A stretch of DNA of 32,000 bases from contig NZ_JAYKGW010000248.1 in NCBI RefSeq assembly GCF_035285525.1, forward strand, positions 1 to 32,000, written 5' to 3'. The notes below the pieces were generated by a model. It did no database searches. It saw only the letters and a program-made list of their open reading frames with translations, and was not told the origin of the DNA. Positions 25,089 to 32,000 of the stretch are shown here, in pieces. How positions within the stretch are numbered: position 1 is the first letter of the stretch; each line of letters starts with the position of its first letter. The position numbers and the translations under genes were made by a program. This DNA is from Okeania sp. GTDB lineage: Bacteria > Cyanobacteriota > Cyanobacteriia > Cyanobacteriales > Microcoleaceae.

Positions 25089-25964
25089 ATGAAAAACCAA
25101 CTAACAATAATCATATTTAGCATTATATTTGCTTTCATAAATCCTGCATTTGCTAAGGCAGAAGGAGTATTACAAGAAATTCAAAAAACAGGTGTACTCA
25201 AAGTAGGTCTTAGAAAAGATGCTGCTCCTTTCGGTTACATTTCTAGTGGTAAATGGGAAGGAATTTGTCTAGAATTAATGAATGGTTTTAAAGAAGATTT
25301 AGAAAAAAAATTCAACCAAACTATTACCATAGAAAAGTTAGAAACTATTCTTGATGAAGATTCAGAACAAGGACGTTATCGCAGTGTAGTTAATAATCGA
25401 GTTCATCTAGAATGCGGTCCTAATACTATTAGAAAAAAACCACCAACAGGAGTTATTTATTCTGAAAGTTTCTTCATAACTGGCACATATTTAATGATGA
25501 GACCAGATAGAAGAATAGGAGTTAATCCTGATGGATTTCTAGAAGGAATTTTAATTGGAGTTCTCAATGATTCTCTCACACAAAAATTTATTGATAGTCG
25601 ATATCAACTGGCAGATCAAAAAGTTTATCAAAGAGGGTTGGGAAGAGAAACTGCGGTTAAAGATGCCATTTCTGGTACAATAGATACTTTTGCTAGTGAC
25701 GGGATTTTATTAGTAGGAGAAGCTTTCCGACAAGGATTAAAAGAAGACCAATATGCTTTAGAACCAAATAGACCACTTACTTGTATTTCTTACGGCATGA
25801 TTTTACCTGCTAATGATTCGGAGTGGCAACAAACAGTCAATGAATATGTTGTGAAGAAGAGTCAACTTAATACAATGATAAACATTTTAACTAGATTAGC
25901 AGGAGGCACATCTCGATTTATCGAAGTATTTATTTCTGATCAAGATAAATGTAGTGGGTTGTAA
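25089..25964 (+). CDS. Periplasmic solute-binding protein, family 3 (amino-acid-type SBP), orphan
   Basis: 291 aa. The signal peptide ends AFA. GVLKVGLRKDAAPFGY is the typical SBP_bac_3 N-terminal strand motif. No permease or ATPase gene is adjacent. Confidence 0.85.
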   Translation: MKNQLTIIIFSIIFAFINPAFAKAEGVLQEIQKTGVLKVGLRKDAAPFGYISSGKWEGICLELMNGFKEDLEKKFNQTITIEKLETILDEDSEQGRYRSVVNNRVHLECGPNTIRKKPPTGVIYSESFFITGTYLMMRPDRRIGVNPDGFLEGILIGVLNDSLTQKFIDSRYQLADQKVYQRGLGRETAVKDAISGTIDTFASDGILLVGEAFRQGLKEDQYALEPNRPLTCISYGMILPANDSEWQQTVNEYVVKKSQLNTMINILTRLAGGTSRFIEVFISDQDKCSGL

Positions 25965-25978
25965 GGCATTTTTCAATA

Positions 25979-26113
25979 TTAATAATTAGGGTTTACTGAA
26001 TTTTTATCAAAATTTTTACGGGCATTGGTTTCAGCCTTTGGAACACCTAAAGCATCTCCAATACAAAGTCCTATTAAACCATCTCTAATTTTTAAGTGAT
26101 TTGACTTGGGCAT
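25979..26113 (-). pseudogene. 44-codon remnant resembling the N-terminus of an ADP-ribosylglycohydrolase
   Basis: MPKSNHLKIRDGLIGLCIGDALGVPKAE... carries the family N-terminal motif G-L-x-(I/V)-GDALG-(V/A)-P, then terminates after 44 aa. GGGAG lies 9 nt upstream of the ATG. It is below the ORF-track length cut-off. Confidence 0.35.
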
Positions 26114-26158
26114 TGTTTTCAACTCCCATTAGTTATCAGGAACTAAAATTATCATAAC

Positions 26159-26195
26159 AGGACTTACTCAGACAAACTCAGAAACCCGGTTTCTC
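26159..26195 (+). repeat. Short NIE-like fragment (AGGACTTACTC...GAAACCCGGTTTC)
   Basis: It shares the head and the palindrome with the 363-448 family. Confidence 0.55.
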
Positions 26196-26240
26196 TGTGT
26201 AATATCATATCTGGTTCAATAGTTATAATTAAAGTTCGTA

Positions 26241-26300
26241 GTAGGGGTTTGGTCTCCAAACCCCAGTAGTGTATCAAGGATTTGCAAACCAAACCCCTAC
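26241..26300. repeat. IR element, GTAGGGGTTTGGTCTC family
   Basis: GTAGGGGTTTGGTCTCCAAACCCC...GCAAACCAAACCCCTAC. Confidence 0.7.
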
Positions 26301-26428
26301 CCTAAAATGTGACAATCTAGTTTAGGGTTGCTATATAAACAAAAACTTTTACAAAAATTCATTAATTCATTCAAAACTGCTATAGAATAAATTAATAAAT
26401 TACAGCTAAATACTAATATTAAATACTC

Positions 26429-27544
26429 CTATTTTTTACCAATAAATTCATCTAAATTTGGCACATTTACCCAACTACCAGTCATATTAGATTCATGGGT
26501 TAAATCCATTAATAACTGAGAATAAATACCTTCTTTTAAAGATGGAACTAAAGATTTTCCTGTCTCTATTCCTTGTATCCAATTATCAACAACTCGAACA
26601 AAAGGAGCAATTCTACCATCAGCAAAAACTTGAGGAAAATCTAATCTTTCAGGAATATTTATTTCTACTAAATTATCCCCATTTTGAGAACCCCAAACTT
26701 TAAATCCATGCACATAATCTTTTTGATTATTACTACCAACAATTAAAGTACCTTTACTACCATAAACTTCTAGCCAATGACCGCGCCCTTGATAAGTGAC
26801 AGAACTAATACAAATTTGACAGGGAGTACCATCTGCTAACTCTAACATAATATTACAAGTATCATCAGCATCAACTGGTTTTAATTCATCTCCCAGAGTC
26901 GGATCGGGGCGAGTTTTAATTGAGGTATTAAGTTTTCCCCAAAGTTTTTTCCCAGGACCAAATAACCAGTCAACATAATCAAAAGTATGGGAAGCGATCG
27001 CTCCTAATGCACCACCACCTTGATCTTTTTGAGAATACCAATTCCAAGGACGATTTGGGTTAGCACGACTTGATGCTAACCAATCAATTTTTATGAGGCG
27101 TTTATCTCCTACATATCCATCTGCTAAAATTTCGGCAAATAGTTGCCAAGCAGGAACAAAACGAAATTCAAAATCCATCGTTACTACACATTTATTTGTA
27201 GCAGCAAGATGATATAATTCTCTGGCTTCTTCTACTTTTAAAGTTGTTGGTTTTTCTAATAATAAATGTTTGCCTGCGGATAATACTTTTTTTGCCATTT
27301 CATAGTGTAGAAATGGGGGAGTTGAAATTGTTACGGCAGCAATTTCAGGTAGGGAAATTATTTCCTCTATGGTATTAAAAGCATGAGGAATATTGTGGTC
27401 TAATGCAATTGATTTAGCTTTTTCTAAGTTGGGATTATAAACAGCTAATACTTCAGTTTTGTGATGTACTTGTAAACCTGGTATATGTACTTTTTTACCA
27501 AATCCTGTACCGATAACTGCTACGCCAATAGTTTGATTTTTCAT
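26429..27544 (-). CDS. Gfo/Idh/MocA family NAD(P)-dependent oxidoreductase
   Basis: 371 aa. N-terminal Rossmann motif IGVAVIGTGFGKKVHIPGL, EKP motif (LLEKPTT), and a C-terminal alpha/beta domain of typical length. Confidence 0.9.
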   Translation of the reverse strand: MKNQTIGVAVIGTGFGKKVHIPGLQVHHKTEVLAVYNPNLEKAKSIALDHNIPHAFNTIEEIISLPEIAAVTISTPPFLHYEMAKKVLSAGKHLLLEKPTTLKVEEARELYHLAATNKCVVTMDFEFRFVPAWQLFAEILADGYVGDKRLIKIDWLASSRANPNRPWNWYSQKDQGGGALGAIASHTFDYVDWLFGPGKKLWGKLNTSIKTRPDPTLGDELKPVDADDTCNIMLELADGTPCQICISSVTYQGRGHWLEVYGSKGTLIVGSNNQKDYVHGFKVWGSQNGDNLVEINIPERLDFPQVFADGRIAPFVRVVDNWIQGIETGKSLVPSLKEGIYSQLLMDLTHESNMTGSWVNVPNLDEFIGKK

Positions 27545-27551
27545 TGTTTTT

Positions 27552-27614
27552 AAGAAGTAAGAGGGAAGAAACGAAGAAGGGAAGAAGAAAGAGGAAAGTA
27601 AAGAAGGAAAAGAG
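27552..27614. repeat. GA-rich (near-homopurine) tract immediately upstream of the oxidoreductase start (CT-rich on the gene's sense strand)
   Basis: AAGAAGTAAGAGGGAAGAAACGAAGAAGGGAAGAAGAAAGAGGAAAGTAAAGAAGGAAAAGAG begins 8 nt from the start codon at 27542-27544. Confidence 0.8.
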
Positions 27615-27770
27615 AATAAATATTTACAACAAAGGGAAAAATGTATAGATATAGCAATCCTAAATGATTTATAAACTGTAGGGGTACCCCTTTAGATAAA
27701 ATGTTATATCAAATCCCCTGGCTTTGGAGAATAAGATTTACCATCAGAAAAGAGCAAAAACTCCTAATTT

Positions 27771-27813
27771 GTAGAGGGTACGGTTCCCGAAAAATTCGAG
27801 ACCAAACCCCTAC
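27771..27813. repeat. IR element, GTAGAGGGTACGG...GAGACCAAACCCCTAC (same family as 14867 and 26241)
   Basis: It shares the GAGACCAAACCCCTAC arm. Confidence 0.6.
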
Positions 27814-27982
27814 GATATTAAATTCTACCGATGCTACGGGATTTGATATTACAACCTATTAAAGACTACTATATGCTATCTAAAATCAATCGCAGCATAG
27901 AAAATATTGTTTCCTGCGAAATACTGCGCCAACAAATTTCTCTTTATTACTTTTGAATTTTGACTTGCTATTTCCTAATTAC

Positions 27983-28022
27983 AAATTATTACTTTTGAAT
28001 CCATGAATTTTGACTTGATCAA
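27983..28022. repeat. Direct duplicate of the gshB 3' end (partner 28148-28194), on the far side of a MITE
   Basis: AAATTATTACTTTTGAATCCATGAATTTTGACTTGATC matches 28148-28194, except that the gene copy has one extra heptamer (AATTTTG). A third partial copy lies at 27947-27970. Confidence 0.85.
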
Positions 28023-28034
28023 TATTACAAATTC

Positions 28035-28147
28035 AGGACTTACGCAAAGGTACTATATATAGTATGTCGGTGCGTTGTGCGTTGTGCGCTTTACATGTTG
28101 TCGCGCAGCGAAACACACCCTACCAATAGCGTTTATGCGTAAGTCCT
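28035..28147. mobile_element. MITE/NIE-like element, AGGACTTACGCA / TGCGTAAGTCCT family
   Basis: Perfect 12-bp terminal IRs. The interior AAGGTACTATATATAGTATGTCGGTGCGT...CACACCCTACCAATAGCGTTTA matches the reverse complement of 29175-29263. Confidence 0.85.
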
Positions 28148-28154
28148 AAAATTA

Positions 28155-29144
28155 TTACTTTTGAATCCATGAATTTTGAATTTTGACTTGATCGATTACC
28201 CATTCGATTACTTTTTTCCCCAAATTAACATTATCAAGTAAATCAATTTCTCTAATTCCAGTAGGACTTGTAACATTAACTTCTGTGAGATAACCACCAA
28301 TGACATCTATTCCTACAAAATATAAACCATCTGCTACTAATTTAGGTGCTAAATATTCGCAAATTTCATATTCTCTTTCTGTAATTTCTGTCTGAGCAAC
28401 TCTACCTCCCACTGCCATATTTCCCCTAAATTCTTTACCAGTAGGAATCCGATTTACAGCTCCAATAGGTTTACCATTTAACATAATAATTCGTTTATCT
28501 CCTTCTTTTGCTGCTGGTAAATAACTCTGAACCATCACAGGTTCTTTACCTTGTTTGGTACTAATTTCTATTAGAGAATTAAAGTTTCTATCCGTAGGTT
28601 CTAAAAATAATATTCCTTCTCCAGCTTTTCCTCCCAAAGGTTTTAAAACAGCCGAATTTTGTGACTCTAAAAACTCTCTAATTACCTGTTTATTTTGACT
28701 AACAATTGTCTCTGGAATTGCTTTAGTAAATTGCAAAGCATACATTTTTTCATTAGCAGCGCGTAACCCTTGAGGAGAATTTATAACTAAAGTTTTTTCT
28801 GGATTAATATAGTCTAAAAGATAAGTAGCATAGAGATATGGAGTGGTTACGGGTGGATCTTTCCGCATAAATACAGCATCCATTGACTCCAGTGGTTCCA
28901 GAATTGGTTTTCCCTGATCGTACCAAGGATTACTTACTACCCAATGATTTTCTACCCTTTCAATGGGAATTAAATGTACCCGCTGAAGTGTTGCCCAAGT
29001 TTTACTATCAATAATAGTTAGCTGGTTAATTTCCGTTATCCAAACTTCGTGACCAAATTCTTGAGCAGCTTCCATTAAGGCAACGGTACTATCGTGAACT
29101 GGGTTTAGTTGGTCTATAGGATCTATGATGAATGCAAATTTCAT
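28155..29144 (-). CDS. gshB: Glutathione synthetase (prokaryotic ATP-grasp type)
   Basis: 329 aa. MKFAFIIDPIDQLNPVHDSTVALMEAAQ..GHEVW parallels the E. coli GshB N-terminus. The C-terminal ATP-grasp segment is YFVGIDVIGGYLTEVNVTSPTG. Confidence 0.95.
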   Translation of the reverse strand: MKFAFIIDPIDQLNPVHDSTVALMEAAQEFGHEVWITEINQLTIIDSKTWATLQRVHLIPIERVENHWVVSNPWYDQGKPILEPLESMDAVFMRKDPPVTTPYLYATYLLDYINPEKTLVINSPQGLRAANEKMYALQFTKAIPETIVSQNKQVIREFLESQNSAVLKPLGGKAGEGILFLEPTDRNFNSLIEISTKQGKEPVMVQSYLPAAKEGDKRIIMLNGKPIGAVNRIPTGKEFRGNMAVGGRVAQTEITEREYEICEYLAPKLVADGLYFVGIDVIGGYLTEVNVTSPTGIREIDLLDNVNLGKKVIEWVIDQVKIQNSWIQK

Positions 29145-29174
29145 CTTTTTTTATTGATTAATTTAATATATGTC

Positions 29175-29263
29175 AGGACTTACGCATGAACGCTATTAGT
29201 AGGGTGCGTTAACGTCAGTGTCACGCACCGATACGCTATATATAGTCCCTTTGCGTAAGTCCT
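29175..29263. mobile_element. MITE/NIE-like element, AGGACTTACGCA / TGCGTAAGTCCT family (inverted relative to 28035 copy)
   Basis: AGGACTTACGCATGAACGCTATTAGTAGGGTGCGT...ATACGCTATATATAGTCCCTTTGCGTAAGTCCT. Confidence 0.85.
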
Positions 29264-29413
29264 AATATGTTTACTCATTAGGTTTTTCTTATAGCGTCTA
29301 GCGCTAGGGAAAAGGGAACCAGGAACAGGAAACAGGGAACAGTAGAATATCAAATGGTTTTAGCATTTAGAAATGTCTTAACCTTTACTTCGACTGCTAT
29401 ACAAAAATTGAAA

Positions 29414-29674
29414 CTACACCCCTAGAAGTTGGTTGAGTTTCCCTTGAGCTTCTAGTTCATATAAATCATCACAACCACCCATATGTTGGTCATTAATAAA
29501 AATTTGGGGTAAAGAACGACGACCATTTGCTCTCTTGGCCATTTTTGCCCGTTCTATTTCATCACCATCTATTGTGTATTCCTGATAGGTTACTTGCTTT
29601 TCCTTTAAAAGCGCTTTAGCACGAAGGCAAAATGGACAGCTTGACCAAGTGTAAATTTCTACATTAGCAGACAT
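29414..29674 (-). CDS. grxC: Glutaredoxin 3 (CPFC active site)
   Basis: 86 aa. ANVEIYTWSSCPFCLRAKALL...LPQIFINDQHMGGCDDLYELEAQGKL is collinear with E. coli Grx3. Confidence 0.9.
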   Translation of the reverse strand: MSANVEIYTWSSCPFCLRAKALLKEKQVTYQEYTIDGDEIERAKMAKRANGRRSLPQIFINDQHMGGCDDLYELEAQGKLNQLLGV

Positions 29675-29927
29675 AATTAATTACCCATAAACAATATTTC
29701 TTAAATGATTGTAATATTAATCGGCTCTTTAAGAATAATTTTAGATTTTATAGCGCTACTTGAATCGGGAACAGGGAACACAGAAGGTGGGAACAGCGGT
29801 TGTAGGAAGAATAATTGTTCTTTAATATTTCTTAGGACTTACAAAGAGCTAATCAATATACTAAATTATATGAAATATTAAAGAGGGAGTAGGAAAGTTC
29901 TATAAACTTTCCGTTCTCATAAATTTA

Positions 29928-31115
29928 TTACCAAACTACTTGCAACCTTTCTGCTACTACTCTTCTGTAGACTCCATCGGTTTCTCTTGCTATCCGACTC
30001 CAAGAAAATTTCTCCTCTAATTCTTGATAAGCATTTTTCACTAAATTTTGGGCAAAACATTGGTCTGTCAAAACTTTTATAATTCCAGATGCCAAGGAAT
30101 TAGGATTACCAACTTTAGTCACAATACCTGTTCTACCATTTTCAACTACTTCTGGCAAACCTCCTGTATCCGAAACTACTACTGGTACTCGTGCGGCAAA
30201 ACTTTCTAGAGCAACAATACCAAAGGGTTCATAAAGACTCGGAAATACTGCACAGTCTGCGATCGCTTGGAATTTATCTAAATTTTCGTCAGACATAAAC
30301 CCTGTGAAATGGAATTTTTCGGCAATTCCTAAATTCCGGATTTCTTCTTTCCAATAGTCAGTTTTGCCACCTCCAATTATAATAAATTTTATCTTTCCTC
30401 CCATTTTTTTGATCACTGTTGGTCCTGCATGAACTAACACTGATAAGCCTTTTTCTGGAGTCATTCTGCCTAAATAGTAAACAATTTTTTCTTCATCTGT
30501 TGCAAAATAACGACGGAAATTTACAGCATCAAATTCATCCCGACTTGGTTTTTTTTCAGCGTAAATTCCATTATAAATTACATCTATTTTGTCTAAAGGA
30601 ATATCTAAAGTTCTGGTTACATGTCCTCGCATATAGTTAGAACAAACTATTACTCTCCAAGCATTATAAACTAGCTCTTTTTCCTTTTCGTGAACATATT
30701 GTTGAGTATGATTATGAATACCATTATGGCGACCATTTTCTGTGGCATGAACTGTGGCTATTAGTGGTAGTTTAAAGATGTGTTTAAGAGCGATCGCTGC
30801 ATCTGCAACTAGCCAATCATGGGCATGAATTATATCAAAATCTTTCTCTTCTGTAATAAGTTTTCCTCCATAACTACCCATCGCTTCGTTCATATTTGCT
30901 ACCCAGTGAAAGAAATTTTGACTTGGTGCAACTGACACTCTATAGACCTTTATTCCATTTACAATTTCATAACTTGCTGCTTCACCAGATTTAATTGTAA
31001 TTAAATGAACTTCATTTCCTAATTTCACTAATTCTGGGTATAATTCTGCTACATGACGTGCTATTCCTCCGATAATTCTTGGTGGAAACTCCCAACTTAA
31101 TACTAAAATCTTCAT
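29928..31115 (-). CDS. Glycosyltransferase family 4 (GT-B, group 1)
   Basis: 395 aa. The N-terminal MKILVLSWEFPPRIIGGIARHV and the C-terminal PSLYEPFGIVALESFA...PVVVSDTGGLPEVV (E-x7-E region) are typical of GT4. Confidence 0.9.
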   Translation of the reverse strand: MKILVLSWEFPPRIIGGIARHVAELYPELVKLGNEVHLITIKSGEAASYEIVNGIKVYRVSVAPSQNFFHWVANMNEAMGSYGGKLITEEKDFDIIHAHDWLVADAAIALKHIFKLPLIATVHATENGRHNGIHNHTQQYVHEKEKELVYNAWRVIVCSNYMRGHVTRTLDIPLDKIDVIYNGIYAEKKPSRDEFDAVNFRRYFATDEEKIVYYLGRMTPEKGLSVLVHAGPTVIKKMGGKIKFIIIGGGKTDYWKEEIRNLGIAEKFHFTGFMSDENLDKFQAIADCAVFPSLYEPFGIVALESFAARVPVVVSDTGGLPEVVENGRTGIVTKVGNPNSLASGIIKVLTDQCFAQNLVKNAYQELEEKFSWSRIARETDGVYRRVVAERLQVVW

Positions 31116-31284
31116 AACTACTAATCCCTAAATTTTCACTATCTTTACAATTCTTGATTTTTAGTAATTTTACTCTAAATATTTTGGTAAATATTTAATA
31201 ATTTTCCTGATAAATATTACAGACATTCTAACCTAAATATTCAAGAATAGTTAGATAAATCCCGGAATTAGCATACCAAAAAAA

Positions 31285-31350
31285 GGGAGTAGGAAGTACG
31301 GAGTAGGAAGTATGGAGTAGGGAGTAGGGAGTAGGGAGTAGGGAGTAGGG
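31285..31350. repeat. Heptamer tandem array (GGAGTAG/GGGAGTA)n running into a palindromic hairpin
   Basis: GGGAGTAGGAAGTACGGAGTAGGAAGTATGGAGTAGGGAGTAGGGAGTAGGGAGTAGGGAGTAGGG. The last unit forms the left arm of the hairpin at 31345-31372. Confidence 0.9.
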
Positions 31351-31372
31351 ACGTTGCATACAACGTCCCTAC
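31345..31372. repeat. Palindromic hairpin repeat GTAGGGACGTTGCATACAACGTCCCTAC
   Basis: Near-perfect palindrome of the same family as 14687 and 22626. Confidence 0.85.
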
Positions 31373-31426
31373 AGAGTAAACACAAGCCAAGGATTTTAAT
31401 CCTTTAAAGATGACTAAATTGCACAC

Positions 31427-31498
31427 TCCTTCCTTCTTCCTTCTCCCTTCTTCCTTTTTCCTTCTTTCTTCTTCCTTCTTTCTTTTTCTTTCTTCCTT
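31427..31498. repeat. 72-nt uninterrupted homopyrimidine (CT) tract flush against the amidase stop codon
   Basis: Only C and T occur from 31427 to 31498. On the amidase sense strand it reads as a pure GA tract directly after the stop (31499-31501). Confidence 0.9.
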
Positions 31499-32000
31499 TT
31501 ATTCAGAATCTTTTACCCACTCAACAATTCCATCTGCTAATACTTTTGCTAATTTCTTTTGTTCTTGAGAATTAACAATCCATTCAAACTCATCAGGATT
31601 AATCATAAATCCTAATTCCAATAATACAGAAGGAGCGATCTCCGGACGAGTTAAAGCTAAATTATTCCAAAATACTCCATAGGAAGGTCTGTCTAATTTT
31701 TCCACTAAATAATTATGCAAAAAAACTGCCAAACTATGAGCTTGAGGATGATACCAAAAAGTACCAACTCCCTGAGTTTTTAGCGCATCACCATAATCAG
31801 GTAAAGCATTATAATGAACTGAAATAGCTAAATCTGGTACTTCTTTATTAATCATTTCTACACGGTCTTTGGGATATAAATCCTCCTCTGCTTTCCTTGT
31901 CATCAACACTGAAGCTCCCAAATTAATTAACTCTTTTTCTAACAATTTCGAGACAATTAATGTGACATTTTTTTCTGGATAACCATTGGGACCTCTTGCT
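31499..32000 (-). CDS. N-acetylmuramoyl-L-alanine amidase (Amidase_3 domain), N-terminus beyond the window edge
   Basis: The frame stays open to position 32000 (..ARGPNGYPEKNVTLIVSKLLEKEL...). ISVHYNA, GVGTFWY and LLELGFMINPDE fit the Amidase_3 catalytic domain. The track start at 31945 is a TTG inside the domain, not the real start. Confidence 0.85.
   Translation of the reverse strand, partial: ARGPNGYPEKNVTLIVSKLLEKELINLGASVLMTRKAEEDLYPKDRVEMINKEVPDLAISVHYNALPDYGDALKTQGVGTFWYHPQAHSLAVFLHNYLVEKLDRPSYGVFWNNLALTRPEIAPSVLLELGFMINPDEFEWIVNSQEQKKLAKVLADGIVEWVKDSE

Noticed and set aside
2645-31350. CRISPR array interpretation of the many tandem repeats (7-8-bp arrays, the 55-bp repeat at 1-124, the 263-bp duplication)
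   Set aside because: No repeat-spacer architecture is present. The units are contiguous with no unique spacers, the periods are wrong for CRISPR, and no cas genes are present.
1-32000. tRNA, rRNA, tmRNA, RNase P or other classical RNA genes in the long gaps
   Set aside because: No T-loop (GGTTCGAAT-type) or acceptor-stem pattern, and no rRNA-like conserved block, was recognised on either strand. The G+C-rich islands in the gaps are all explained by inverted-repeat elements. The scan was by eye only.

Overview
This is an AT-rich chromosomal segment of a cyanobacterium. A filamentous, Nostocales-type genome is my inference. It rests on 16 perfect HIP1 octamers (GCGATCGC) counted by eye, STRR-type heptamer arrays, small palindromic MITE/NIE-like elements in nearly every intergenic gap, and cyanobacterial-type housekeeping genes.

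I can support 22 intact protein-coding genes:
- Housekeeping: glyS, ispH, purE, nagA, gshB, grxC.
- Transport: amt, an orphan ABC ATPase, a cation/H+ antiporter-Usp fusion, a sodium:solute symporter, two adjacent Gdx/SugE-type SMR genes, a urea-transporter/EF-hand fusion, and an orphan periplasmic binding protein.
- Other enzymes: an SGNH hydrolase, a Gfo/Idh/MocA oxidoreductase, a GT4 glycosyltransferase, and an edge-truncated Amidase_3 gene.
- A DUF433/DUF5615 toxin-antitoxin-like pair and two hypothetical proteins.

There are also three decayed gene remnants. I recognised no rRNA, tRNA or CRISPR array.

I do not see a convincing novel multi-gene system. The best leads are:
1. A heptamer array (CTGATAA)n-CTGAA fused directly to the ATG of five unrelated genes, always in gene-sense orientation.
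2. A urea channel with a C-terminal triple EF-hand module.
3. A YkkCD-like paired guanidinium-exporter-type SMR locus between a sodium:solute symporter and that urea channel, with no recognisable guanidine riboswitch.
4. Strand-correlated homopurine/homopyrimidine tracts flush against CDS boundaries.
5. Large ORF-free repeat-filled gaps, one holding a near-consensus promoter that fires into a 263-bp tandem duplication.

All homology statements come from motif recognition by eye, not from database searches.
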